A stretch of 64,000 bases of DNA. It comes from the human T2T-CHM13v2.0 reference genome, Homo sapiens. Within the stretch, counting starts at the first letter, position 1. Every line of letters begins with the position of its first letter. A model generated the notes under the pieces. It had not been told where the DNA came from. It was given only the letters and a program-made list of their open reading frames with translations, and did no database searches. Location: the NCBI RefSeq assembly GCF_009914755.1, contig NC_060930.1; one strand, written 5' to 3'. The position numbers and the translations under genes were made by a program. Positions 44,575-57,177 of the stretch are shown in pieces.

Positions 44575-47516
44575 CTGCAACAAAAGGATACACATGGATG
44601 TAAGTGTATCATCAAAACAAAAGGAAATGAATATTCCCTGCAAGATGGGAGGAGGGGAAGGTGTAGAATCAAAATTCCCCCTCCCGTATAATGACATTTA
44701 TATATAAACATCTCATCTTGGCTTATTGGAATTTGGGGCTTTGCAACTCAAGAGGTTTCACTGCACACCCATGGCCAATTTCTCCTCCTCCAGCAAATAA
44801 TCCATGTTTAAAAGGGGTGGAGATGGGGAATAAAACTTTCTTTGGAAATTAAATCAAGTGTTGGAGCACCTAATCATTCTCAGTCAGTTCAACATTTAGA
44901 AATGTACCTAGCTTTAGATTGGCGCCTCAGCGGCTTCTGACTTTAGCAATTCCAGTGTTCAGGCAGCGAAAGCCAGGGAAACACAATAGAAATGACAGGG
45001 GCGGGAGTAACAGGAGAGTGTTGGAAAAGAAAAGGTTTAGGTAGTATAATAAAGAGCAAACACACACACCTTTATGGAAAACTCCACATAAATTTTTAGA
45101 AAGACTACTGCCTAAGCCTGGGTATGATAGGAATATGAAAATGACCAAAACCAAAAAACCTTTGAGCTTGCTTTCCTGTTGTCCAACAGCAGGTTTGTTG
45201 TTAGTGTGGGGTGTTTTTCTTTTTCTTTTCTTTTTTTTTTTTTTTTTTACAGATGGATGGGTATACGTGTGCGCACTAGAGTCAAAACGTGATTAGAAAG
45301 TAAAATGAAGTCATGTTTTCTAATGCAGAAACTGACAGGCAATATAATGTCTGGCTGTGTTTACAAATTAGCACCAGGGCTGCTGAGATAGAAGATTTTG
45401 CAATCATTACCAAACACAGGCATTACCATTTAAAAAACTATTGCTTCCTTCTCTAGTCTTTGTCCAACAATAATACTGATTCGAACATTTTCCATTCTGT
45501 CTTGGATTTATGCTCCTGTTAATTGTGCCTGATCGCAATGATTCCGGGTGGATGGTACTAAGTTGCTTTATTACAGGTTTTATTATACTCAATGCTCTCA
45601 TTTGTAACTTGCCTAAAGTGCTTCTGGATTTAAGTATAATTAAATTGAGAAATGTTCAGAAATGACTACTGCTGCAGTTCTTGTGTTTTAACTATATGGG
45701 GAAATATGATCCCTTTATGCATGCACCCTAAACCCATAAAGTAAATGTAGTGTGGCATAATACTTTTATTTGTGTTATTTCTAGACCTTGTCCATACAGG
45801 GAAGACTGTTAAGTTTAAAACCCCACTGAGATATTAATGATTAAATAATTTTCACCATCGATTTGATTTTCTTAAATATTTAGCAGTTATACTTACTAAA
45901 GGTTAACTGTTGCAGCAATGGGAAAAAATTGAAAACAACCTTTTTCTTGACCCAAATTCCTTTGAAAGAATTTTTTTCTTAAAAGATGGGGGAGGGAGAG
46001 GGAAAAACAGCAACTGGGTTTCCTTGTTTTTGTTTAATCTTTTAGTTAGTTTCTCCTACTGACCAATTTTGCCACAAAGAGTGAGTATACAGGTGTTAAG
46101 AATTCACCTTGAAATTTTTGCAAAGTAGAGCAATTCTCATTCACAGTAGTTCCAAAAGCTTGCAACATTATTTTGCAATTCAAATATTTTCAAAGAACAA
46201 GCAAGGAAAAGATTCAGAGTGCTTTGGGAAAGGGAACTAAAATAATCATAACTCCCAGTTCATGTTTAAATTGCTCTTATATAAATTAGTGCTCCTCTCA
46301 CTTCCAAAAAAATGCACTGTTAAGTATCAGTTTCTAAAAACATGTAAGTATGAACACACATATACAGACATACAGTGCTCACTAAACCTTATACTGGATC
46401 AAGTGCCCACTTTCCTGCCTTCCATGCAAGGGCTGCTAAACATAACCAACAAATTTCAGTGACTAACTGGGCCAAATGAGAGATGTAATAAATTTTCTAT
46501 TTTCCTACGGAACTTAAATAATGTTTTAAATTCACCAAGCAAGGAGGTAAGTTCATCTGACCATTTTCCTTACAATCTAATGTAGTAATCATTAAACTGT
46601 CAACGGACATACTGCTGCAATATTTGATGCAGTAATTTGAAATAGCATTTTAGTAAAAATCACATCCAGATACATTTCCTCTCCAAAGAAAAGCAGCTTT
46701 AACAGAAGCCTTTACAGCTTTAATAAAATTATTGGCTTGCTCTAATTCCATTTCAGGAGGGTTGTGAGGAAACCATAAATATATAGAATTGAAGCAGAGG
46801 TACTGGTTTAAGTTTAATTCCAGAAAGTATTTTCAAATTATCAATAGCCTGGTTTGCATTGTAAATAGTAAATGTGCTAATGCCATGCTTATTTAGAAAT
46901 CATTTTAAACTGCATTTATTGATAACTAAATTAGAACTCAAATAATGTATTACCCAATAGTCTCGAAACATTTAATTTAATATGGAGTGTAGCAGGTTCT
47001 GATAGGCGTTGGGAACCTAGCTAATGATTTATGAGGTCACCACTTAGCACCCCTAGTAAGAAGAAGGCTGCATTTTAATGTCCCTCTGCTTGGATTTGCT
47101 ACTTAGTTTTTCTTTAATCAGGATAGGGTGTACACATAACTTTTAGGTTTCACTTGTGCTTATAAAATCCGGTTAAAATGATCTTAGTGTGTCTTTTACA
47201 CTTCCTTTTACATTTTGAGGACATTTAATGAGCTCTTTTGGTTGCATTTAACATCATTCCCAGGACAGGGAGAAATCTCCACGCCAGACTCAGCGATGGA
47301 AGTAGATCTTTTAGCAATTGAGACAGTTTACTGTCGTCGAGAGGAAGATATTGTTAATGGTGACATTCGTCTGATTTATCTGTGTTGGTGGAAATGGTAA
47401 TGCAGGCATTGTTTGAGGGAGCTCCAGAAACCATTGTTCTGGGGTAGAACTCGCAACTACTTTGTGTGGTTCCTCAAAACGTCCCTCACTCTCCGCCTCC
47501 GAATAAAATGTTTTTA

Positions 47517-48065
<549 letters not shown>

Positions 48066-49300
48066 CTAGAAGAGAGCGAGAGGAAAGGTAAAGAACAAGG
48101 AATCAGGCGTCGAGCTACAACTATCCACACAAAATCCACTTGACAAGTCTGCGTGGGAAATCGCCCGTTCCCGTTGGCTGGCCGCCGGGAAAAAATCAGC
48201 TCTAAGTTCTTTTCAGGAAATACCCTCAAGTGAAACAGACCGAACAACGCAGAGAAACTGTATATGGAGGGGGCACAAGAGACTATTTAGGGGTTTCTTT
48301 CAAAGAGAGGAAAAGATAGAAAAGGGTCTCCTGGAACACAGCCCATTAAACTGCAGCGTGAAATCTCTCTTAAGCAAAATTAAAATTCCTCCTAAATACT
48401 AAACAGCAGAAGCGGCCTTTTCTTTTCCCCCGATTTGAACCTGTCTGCCACTGCGTTATTGTTTATTCTCTTCCATTTATTTGGAGAGAAAAAAATCATA
48501 AACGTTCAAAGACTGTTACCGTTTCATGACTACTTAAATAGAAACATATTTCGCAGAGGGGCTGTAACAAAAACACACGTTTAAATTACCAGCTTAAAGA
48601 AGGTTTTAACTGCAGGATCGGGGTCTGTCTTTTTCGCTTCCTCTGTTAGGAGCCTTTTTCTCGACAGAGTCGATTTATGGTTTGGATAGGGAAAGGGGGA
48701 CGTCAAGTCAAGGTTTAAAATAGAAAGATTCAGCCTTATTGGGTTTAAAAGAGAGAGGTGCACCCCGGGGCTGTGGCCCCCCCCCCCCCGCCCCTTCCAC
48801 CCCAGCCCCAAAGGGCAGAAGAAACGCCTGACTTTAGGTTTCTCTATTGCAATTCCCTTGCAAAACAAGCGAAGAGAGTTGATTCCAGAGACCGCGAACC
48901 CTCGGCGGTTCGGCCGCAGGTCCCGAGGGTAGGGGGCACACCGCGCTGCACTTTTCCTGCAGACAGTTTAAGCATCAAATGTTGAGAACATCTCGGGGAC
49001 AAGTGAAGACTCAAGGAAATCAAGATGAACGTGGGGAGAAACACGCCTTGGGAAGCCGCGGCGAGGTAGGTCTGCGTGCTCGGAGAGGTCGAGCGGGGGC
49101 TGGGGTAGGGGGTAATGCACTCGATTTAGGGATGGAAAAGAGCGAGAGAAAGGCGGAAGGTGGGGTGGGGGATGCAAATGGAGAGGGTGTCCTGAAGGAA
49201 AGCTGGGCGTGAAACCCGAGGTTTCGGGCAGCTCCACGGCACCAGGTTTCCAGAATCCAATTCCTAAAGAAACAGCAACGGGGGTGGGGATGGGACTCAC

Positions 49301-49327
49301 CATGGCTGAAAAACTGTGAACTAACAT
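49301..49327 (-). CDS. TFAP2A: TFAP2A alternative first exon 1b coding part (MLVHSFSAM)
   Basis: Start of ORF 48968..49327; ends ATG|gtgagt; known AP-2 family alternative N-terminus (431 aa product). Confidence 0.94.
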
Positions 49328-50139
49328 CTGCGAAGAGTCTGGGGTAACGAGTCAGGGTGGAAAAAAACAAGCAAGCCTGGAGCGCCCGGCTGCCCCGCCG
49401 CCCGAGCGCGCCCCACACAAAAGGCGCCGAGAGCCCCGCGCCACCCAGGACTCCAGTCACGGCGCCGACGCTCCCCGGAGCGCGGGAGCCCGGCTCGGAT
49501 CCATCCGAACTTGAACCACCGATTCGCGCGGCGCCTTCAGCTGGTCGAACCCACGGTCTCTATCCTGCCGCGACTGGTTATGATTCAAAGTTCTTTAAAA
49601 ATGAAAAACCCCAAAAAAGGAAAAAGGAAAAAGTATGTGTGAGTGTGTGGGTGCGTGCGTGTTCCTTAATCCGTGTCTCCCCCTCCTTTCTTAGCGGCGG
49701 CTTCGCTTGAGCTTCTAATAACCGCGCTGGGCAGCGTTCCTGGAGCCTCCTAATAGCAGATATTCATGACTATTAATATTACACGAATACTTAATAAGGG
49801 AAGAATGCCTGGAAATCGAGCGTGAAGCGGAGAGGCAACTCGCGCCGGAGCCGGCTCTCAATGCAGTCCATTGACGGGAGTCTCAGTGTAGCAAATCGGA
49901 GTGGGGAGAGGGAGCGCGAGAGACAAAAAGCGAGCGAGAGAGGGAGCGGGCGAGCGCGCGGGGGGCCGCGGCGCGGCGTCTGGCGAATCACAGGGAAGGG
50001 GCAACATTTTAAAAGGTTGCAGGGCATGCAAAAGTGAAAGAGAAAGAGGCAGAGAGGGAGACCGAAGGAGAGAGCGCAGAGAGGGAGAATGTGTCTGCGT
50101 GCGTGTGTGAGAAAGAAAGTGTGGGCGAGGGAGAGGAGC

Positions 50140-50292
50140 CCCGGGTGGGGAGAGGGGAGGGAGGGAAGGAGGGAGAGCCCGAGAGGAGGAAGGGAGGGAA
50201 AGAGGGAGGGAGGAAGGGAGGGAGGGAGGGGGAGGGGGCCCAGCCGGAGCGCACGGAGGGGGAGGCCGCGGGGGAGGGGGAAGGGGAGAGGA
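50140..50292 (+). repeat. GGGA/GGA polypurine tract
   Basis: Seen directly. Confidence 0.85.
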
Positions 50293-52191
50293 AGCGAGCG
50301 AGGACAATCAGACCTAAAAGGCTGGGGCAGACCTCGGGATGCAGCGGGGGTCGTGCGTAGCGGGTAGGAGCTGCTTGGGACCGCGTCCGGGCGCTCGTGG
50401 GGCTCTCGGCGCGGCAGGCGCTTCCCGGCCCTGTCTGGCCGCGGGCTCCGCCGCTTCGCAGCCGAGTCTGGGACTCGGGACTCGGCTGCCCGCTGCTGCG
50501 CGGCTCCTCCATGACCCGGCGCCCTGCCCGGGACCGGCCCGCTCGCTGCACTGGTCCTCTCCTCGGCCTCCTCTTGAGCTTTCCTCGGACAGGGGCACCG
50601 TGCGCTCCCCGGCCACCGTCGCTCTGCCCTCGGCTCTCTGGGGCCGGGGATTCCGGATCGGGAGCCGGGATGCGGGCCGGGGCGCGCACAGACGCTAGGC
50701 GGCCCAGCCCGGGCGCCGCTGGCACCGGCTCGCGGCTCCCGGCAAAAACCCGTCCGACTGGCTGGGCCACTCCCGCCTGACGCCCCCCCAGATGACACGA
50801 CTAGCTCTCCCGGCGTGCTGCCTTTGCCAGTCTACCCGCCAGGTTGTCAGAACAAGCGGCACCTCGCCTCCTGCGTGTCCCTACAGAGCCCCGGCACAAT
50901 CAGACTGCCCCAAGCCAGCTCCGAAACCCGAAATCCCCGCTCCGGCGCTTGCCCACCACGGCCAAAGTTGTGGAAACAGCTTTGACTTTATTCTCCTCTC
51001 TCTCTCATCTTTTTTTGCCTCGCTTACACACGCATTCACACTTGCCCCCACAGGATCCCTCTAGGGGTGCAAGTTCATCCCCCACCTAGCCACCCACCCC
51101 ATCCAGTCGGCACCTAGAGCCGCACGGAGGTTCGGACCCCGCCCGCCGAGGGCGCCCACACCTGGAGCTGGGTTTCGGCCTCTGCGAAAGTGAAATGCCC
51201 AAGCCTCCGGCCAAAGCCCAGACCAGTACAGTATGAATTGTCCTGAGACTGAGGGGTTCGGCTTCATTCCTACCTGCCCGCAAAGCTCGCCCCCAGCCTC
51301 GAAAACAAAGCGACTGGTCTGACGTGGGGTCCCTGCGCCCCTCCTCTAGCGCGACAGGACCCCCCCAGGGAAGAGCCAGTACCCGTGGGATGTCACCCCG
51401 TCCCCATCTACCGGGGTGGGGGGCCTGAAAGGAGAACGATTTAAAATAATCTTCAGAAAGAAAAGGGAGGAGGGAGCGGGTGACACATCGTTCACATAAA
51501 CCCAATTTCTGGTTTCGAGTGAAGTCAAGATCTCCGCCCCTGCGCCTGCACACACACCTCCTGCCTAACATTCTCAGCTGCAAATGCCAAAAAAGAAAAA
51601 AAAAAAAACAGCAAAAGTTGGGACTGCCACCTATTTATTTAGGTAATCTCCAGCCCTACACACCCCAACCCCTCTCTCGGACTCATTGCTCATTACAGTG
51701 TTGGTTGTAACCGTTCCCAGCGCCTCCTGCGGGTGGACAGGTCGCGCTAGGGTCTCCCTTGCTGCCTCAAGAAGGCGAGCTCAGGGGACTCTGCGTTTTA
51801 AAATGGGTTCCAAAGCGGCGCGCTCTGTCGGCCCAGCGGGCTTGCGGCACCAGAGGTGGTCTGCAGCCGCGCAAGGATTCCCACGGTCGTTCTGGGCTGG
51901 TGCAGAAGCTGGTGCTCCCGCACCCAGCGGCCAGCAGGCTCGGCGCAGCACATCTCCCCACCCCACCCCCACACACCCCCGTGGGGTGCGTCGATCCTGT
52001 AGCTCAGAGGGAGAAGCTACTTAGAACTTCGTGAAGCACAGAGGATCTGGAGCGAGCCCCGCAGCTGGGATCAGTGGTCTTAAGTTGAACCCGCTTACAG
52101 GAAGATGCAGCCCAGCTCACAGCGAAGTGTGGGGGGGCCGTCTCTAAAGCCGAGAAGGGAACCGCTTTAGAAGTGGGGGTGGGGGGAAGAA

Positions 52192-52215
52192 AGAATGAAT
52201 GAATGAATGAATGAA
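52192..52215. repeat. (GAAT)n
   Basis: Seen directly. Confidence 0.9.
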
Positions 52216-52664
52216 TAGAAAGAAGAAGGAATATTAAAGATCGGAGAGGAAGTTCAAGAGAGAAAAGAGTTTTCTCTTTCCTTTCTGTTCCTGGTGACTT
52301 GGGCCCTCAATCTCGATGAAGATAACACGAGGAGTGCACAGGCAAGTGCCCAGTTGCCAGCAATTGCTTCAAAAGCCCATGTTCTTCTTTTCCCCCATTC
52401 TTAGGCACAGCCAAAATTGGTCAGAAAGGGGAGTAAAGTGGGACACGAGCTTCAAAGTAGGGAAACCAAAGAAGGGAGCATCCACGTCCTCTCTCTCCAG
52501 CTTCTCCCCCGCGTTCTTCGGGCGAATCCGAGGGACGGGCGCTGCGCTGGGGAAAGTTTGTCCCACCCGCGTTTCGCAGCTGGTTGCAAGGAGAGGAGGA
52601 GGAGAGGGAGGGTCAAGCTCGGAGCCTGTGACCGCACGGATGATCGAGCCGGCGTCGCGCTTAC

Positions 52665-52715
52665 CTCGCAGTCCTCGTACTTGATATTATCCGTCAATTT
52701 CCAAAGCATTTTCAT
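52665..52715 (-). CDS. TFAP2A: TFAP2A exon 1a coding part ((MK)MLWKLTDNIKYEDCE)
   Basis: ATGs at 52715 and 52709; ends GAG|gtaagc; seen in ORF 52452..53021. Confidence 0.97.
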
Positions 52716-52810
52716 GGATCGGCGTGAACGGATATGCCCCTCTCGGTCTCGCACCCAAGTGGAGCTACTCTCTGGGTGAGCGCAAAGTGCTGGCTGCCGG
52801 CGGTGAGCGC

Positions 52811-52950
52811 AGGAGGAGGAGGAGGAGGGAGAGGAGGTGGAGGAGGAGAAGGAGGAGGGAGAGGAGGAGGGCAAGGAGGAGGAGGAGGAAGAGGAGGGCG
52901 AGGAGGAGGAGGAGGGCGAGGAGAAGGGCGAGGAGGAGGAGAGAAGGGAA
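52811..52950. repeat. (GAG/GGA)n tract = (CTC/TCC)n in the exon 1a 5' UTR
   Basis: Seen directly. Confidence 0.95.
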
Positions 52951-52959
52951 AGAGCTCCC

Positions 52960-53120
52960 GTGTGCGCTCGGAGATCTCCCTCTAATGGTAGAAACTTTTC
53001 CCTTTTCCAGCTCTTTACCAACAGCCTAATCGCCTCATTAGCATATCAACAATAGTCCAATTGCTCGCCAGTACCACAATCTGCCGCCGGCCGCTCCGAC
53101 ACAGGTATAAAGGCCTCTCT
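52960..53120 (-). promoter_or_regulatory. TFAP2A exon 1a proximal promoter (octamer ATGCTAAT 53044-53037, SOX-type ATTGTT, CCAAT)
   Basis: Motifs seen directly upstream of the exon 1a leader, inside a CpG island. Confidence 0.7.
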
Positions 53121-56100
53121 ACGCCGCGAACTTGCTTCTAGAGCGCACTCCAGCCTGCGAACTGATAAAACCTTCCTCGAGCTCCGCCGCGAGGCCCTGC
53201 CCCAACACCCCCTCTCTTACCCCAATTCCGCCACATTCCCCTTCCTTTCTTTCTCCGCTTCCTTTTCTCCAGAGATGCCTTCTGCAAAGCCCGGCACTGC
53301 TCAAGGTCCAAGCGCCACGCCTGGGGCCCAGCTTCTAGCACTTCTCCCTTAACCCTGCTACCACGATCCGAGCTGCCCTTTTGGCCCCGTGCAATTTTAT
53401 TAGAAATCATTATCCCTTTCGCAATTAAACATAACCACCAAACCAAGACCGGCGAAGTCACTCCAGGATTTTTTCCCAACAAGGGATCGCCTCCGCTCGA
53501 GGCAGCCACCCCCTCGGGCCGCAGCGCCTTGGGAGTTTTATTGGCTTTGAGCTTTCCCCCAGGTTGGAGATTCTGCCAAGCGGCTCCGGTGGCTCTGCTG
53601 GGGTTTGCAATCCCTTAATTGCAGCGTGTAAAATAAAAGTTGTACCCTGAAGAGGTTACTTGACAGCTCCAGGGGTTAAACAATTTTTCTCCTGTTTGTG
53701 TGAAGCTAGGGCCAACTGACAGTTCAAATTGGTGTTCAGGCTAAGGTTTCCTGGGTGCAACGTGGACACGAATACAGAACTCCTATGGAACTGCACACCC
53801 GCTTCTGAAGTTGAGCCTAAAAACAGACGTGTGTGTGCCTGCAAGTCTAGATACCGTCTCGTGCGTGCATCAAAATAAATCACCGGGAACCGACTTTTAG
53901 CTGTGTTAATCTGCTCTAGTTTTCCCAAGATTCCCCTTTTTAATTAAAGCAGGGAGAGTTCCTTCATGATTTGGTGATGCTACTAACGCGGGCGTGCTCG
54001 CGAGGCAGAGCCCGGCTGCCGCGGAACCTGGAGGCCTGGGAGCCACCTACTCGTCCAGACTGGTCAGTCCGGGCTTTTGGACTCCTCACCGGGGCCTGCT
54101 GGGTCCTCTGGGGCTTTTATCCCTTTCGGTTTTGGGATTTTTTTTTAAGTAAGAAAAAAAAAAAAAAAGAAAAGGACCTAATGTGACACTAGGAAATACA
54201 GAGTAATTAATTTTCCTGGCTGAGCTTCCTCGTTTGTCCTCCAAAAGAAAGTTACCTCTGTCTTTTCTCTCTGCTATATGTACAAACTCCTTAACTACAC
54301 TAGGTCCCGCCTCAGAGTTGCTCTAGTAAGGACCTTTGATTCATCTGGGCTTGTTTCTCGAAAATCTCCAGGCCTCCCATATTTCCACCGGGCGTTCCTA
54401 AAAGGGGATGGGAACTGTGGCAGATTGGAGCATTCCCTCACAGGTGGAAGGAAGGCAGGAGCTGGGAGAACTCCCCATTCCACCCAAGGCTGCAGAAGGG
54501 GAATTCTCCCTCCAAACACCTCAGCAAACTCCCCAAACCTAGCAGAGTAGGCAGAAGGCTCCAAAAAGCTAGGGAGAAGCCGGAGCTGGCAAGGGGCCTT
54601 ACAGACCCAGGAAGCCCTCCCCATGCTCTGGGCCTCCCTTGCCCTACCTGAACTGAGCACAATTCCTCGGCTGAACCGGGCTGGAGGCTTGGCGCCGCCC
54701 TCCGTCCAGAAAATGGTCGACTTTCCAGGGCTAGACCCTGCAGGGCTGTCCCAGCCTGTCGCCAGTGCAGTGGTTTGAAGTCAGGATCTGGGCTGCCAGG
54801 AGCACCGACACCCTCCCAGCAGCGGCCATAGCCTGAGCAGGCCAAACCCTAGGCCTGAGAGCATGGGTTTTTACACTCCGTAGACGTCGCCGCGGTGTGC
54901 TTAAGGGAACTCCAAGTTTCGCTTTCTTGCCCTCTGCGGGCTTGGAAAGGCCGCCCTCCATCCTCTGCCACCCCATTTCAACCCCCGTTTCCACCTCCCC
55001 GCTGCCCCGCGCCCAACAGATCTCCGGCTCCGCACCCGCTGGGGCTGCTAAACTGTTGTTGTATTCCCGCCGAGGGCGCCATTGAGGTGCAGATTGGGAC
55101 CTGCCGGCTCTGGACTGCCGCCCCCGGTGTAGGCGCTGATGAAAGGCCCGGGCGAGCGCCAGGGTCGCCTCTGGAGCCAGCCGAGCTGCATTTATGCCAG
55201 CGTCATTACCACGCTAAGTCGCTTCATTGCATGTCAATGCTCCGGCGGGGCCAGAACCCCGGGACAGCAGCGCCAGGCCTGGGGTTGGAGGTCGGAGATC
55301 CAGGCCTGACGTGGGGGGCATAAAAAGGGCGTCGCGGGGAAGAGGGAGTATTTGTGTGAGAGACAGAGTCACAAAGAGAAAGAGACAGTGAGGGGCCAGA
55401 ACGACTCTCTTTTCTCCGATTGTCAATGCCCAGTGGGAGCCGGGAGCCCAACAGGCCCAGCCCATCAGATTCGGCCCCTCCGGGCCCCAAATCCGCTCGC
55501 CCCACCCGAGATCCAGGCCTCCAGCCACTTGCCTAACTGTGAGCCCGCAAGAGCCAGGCCCGCGGCTCCCTCCTTCCTCCTCCTGCGGCAGTCTCGCGGC
55601 TTTCAAACCTTAGTCGAACCCACAGAAGGCCCAGTCCCAGGCCAAACCTACTCAACAGGCACCTTCTCACGGCCTAGGAATTCTGCAGCGAAATTCACTG
55701 GAATTTGAGGAGAAAACCCAAAGACTGCTCCGAAAGGACTCCCCCAGTCTTCAGCCTCCAAATAAGAGAGTTAGGAAGGGCCTTTAGCCCACAGGGTCAG
55801 GAAGGGAAAGGTGTGGATTCCCGGGATTTGTCTCTGGTATGGGATTTGCATCCTTAAACCACGAGGTTTGTCTAAACTTGCGGATGAAATACCATTTAGT
55901 GAGGCTTAACTAGGGAGAAGAATATAAAAGAGCTCACTCTTGATAAAAGTAATAAATCCAAGGGAAAAAAGTACAGAACGCAAAAGGCCTTTCTTTCTCC
56001 AACTCCAGGTAGCTTAGTGAAGACTGCACTTCTCAGAACTTTACTTTTAATGGCCTAAATCTGTAACAAGAGAAAGAACTCGACCAGGAGTAGCAAGGCC

Positions 56101-57144
56101 TCAGATTTTTGGGGGGAAGTTCAGGGCATTAGATTCGAATTGTCCCCTGGGCTTTTGGGCACACAGAATCTCACCCTCACCAGGCCTCTTGGTTGGGGCG
56201 AAAACAGGGCCTCGCGGTTCTGATGATGAAATCGGCGACAGGCAGAGCCTTTTACCGCCACCATCCTGGCCAGAGCCGCTCTGTTTCCCGAAGGGAAAGT
56301 GTCTGGAAGTTGGAAGGAGAGAGCTGGACAAATGCTTCCTTGGCCAGGGTCGGAATCCGGGGCTCAGGAAGGACAGGAGCCAAGCCTTGGATGCCTTGTG
56401 GTGTCCGCGGCCTAGCAGGGCCAAGTTCCACAGGCGTTGGTTTTGGCAAATTCACCACCCCCCTGCCTCCTCACCCACCATTCTCACACTCCCTCATCCG
56501 TAGCCCAGGCGGCAAAAACCCATTTCAGGAAGTGGAGTGAGTTGCTAGCTAAACTTCGGGCAAACTTTGTATCTCCTACAGAAACACGCTGCCTCCGCGA
56601 CCCAGCCATCTGGACCCCTTTCCATTCTTCACACATCCTAGATCTCCCGAAATCTGGGGGTACCAAGAGAGACAGGTGCACCAGAACCTGTCCAACACTC
56701 AACCCTGGGGTCTAGGGCGAGGCCGCAGGCGCAGCAGGCTGAAAACCTTCACCGCCGCGCACCACAACCCCAGGCCTTCTCCCTCCCCCCTTCCGAATTA
56801 GTCATCCTCCCAAGTTTCTACTTGAGGTGGGAGGGGGGTGGGGGAAACGGCCACAGCACAAACCACAAGTGACCCACCAGGCCACCTGTGGAGCGTGCGC
56901 CGGACTTCCCCGGCGCCGGGCCCCGCGGGCTGCGCGCTTTGCGCCCAGCACCGCAGTCGCTGCCTGCGCTCGTTTTTCCTGTCTTCGCTGTCTCCTGGGA
57001 GCTCTCCTGGGCGCTGCCAGGCGCGCCTCACCTACGACTCCCCTGCCCTGGGCCACGGCGCTTCCTCTCCTCCTCCCCGCTCCGGCCCCCTCCCCTACTC
57101 CACCCCTGCCCACCTCAACCCCAGCCAAGGCAAACCCCCCGTAC

Positions 57145-57177
57145 CTGCCAGTCCCCCATTTTGGCAAGTATGGACAT
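57145..57177 (-). CDS. TFAP2A: TFAP2A alternative first exon 1c, coding part (MSILAKMGDWQ)
   Basis: Minus strand ATG TCC ATA CTT GCC AAA ATG GGG GAC TGG CAG|gtacgg; phase 0, compatible with exon 2; known alternative N-terminus (433 aa product). Confidence 0.92.

Larger units (their letters stand above)
50040..53893 (+). ncRNA. TFAP2A-AS1: Antisense lncRNA TFAP2A-AS1 (approximate span)
   Basis: Position recalled relative to TFAP2A exons; plus-strand AATAAA at 53874-53879 fits a 3' end; exon structure not derived. Confidence 0.5.

Noticed and set aside
49791-50798. 335-aa minus-strand ORF and other long ORFs in CpG islands (19036-19734, 42154-42768, 56827-57417)
   Set aside because: Low-complexity Pro/Arg/Gly/Ala frames expected in GC-rich DNA; mostly non-ATG starts; no recognisable domain
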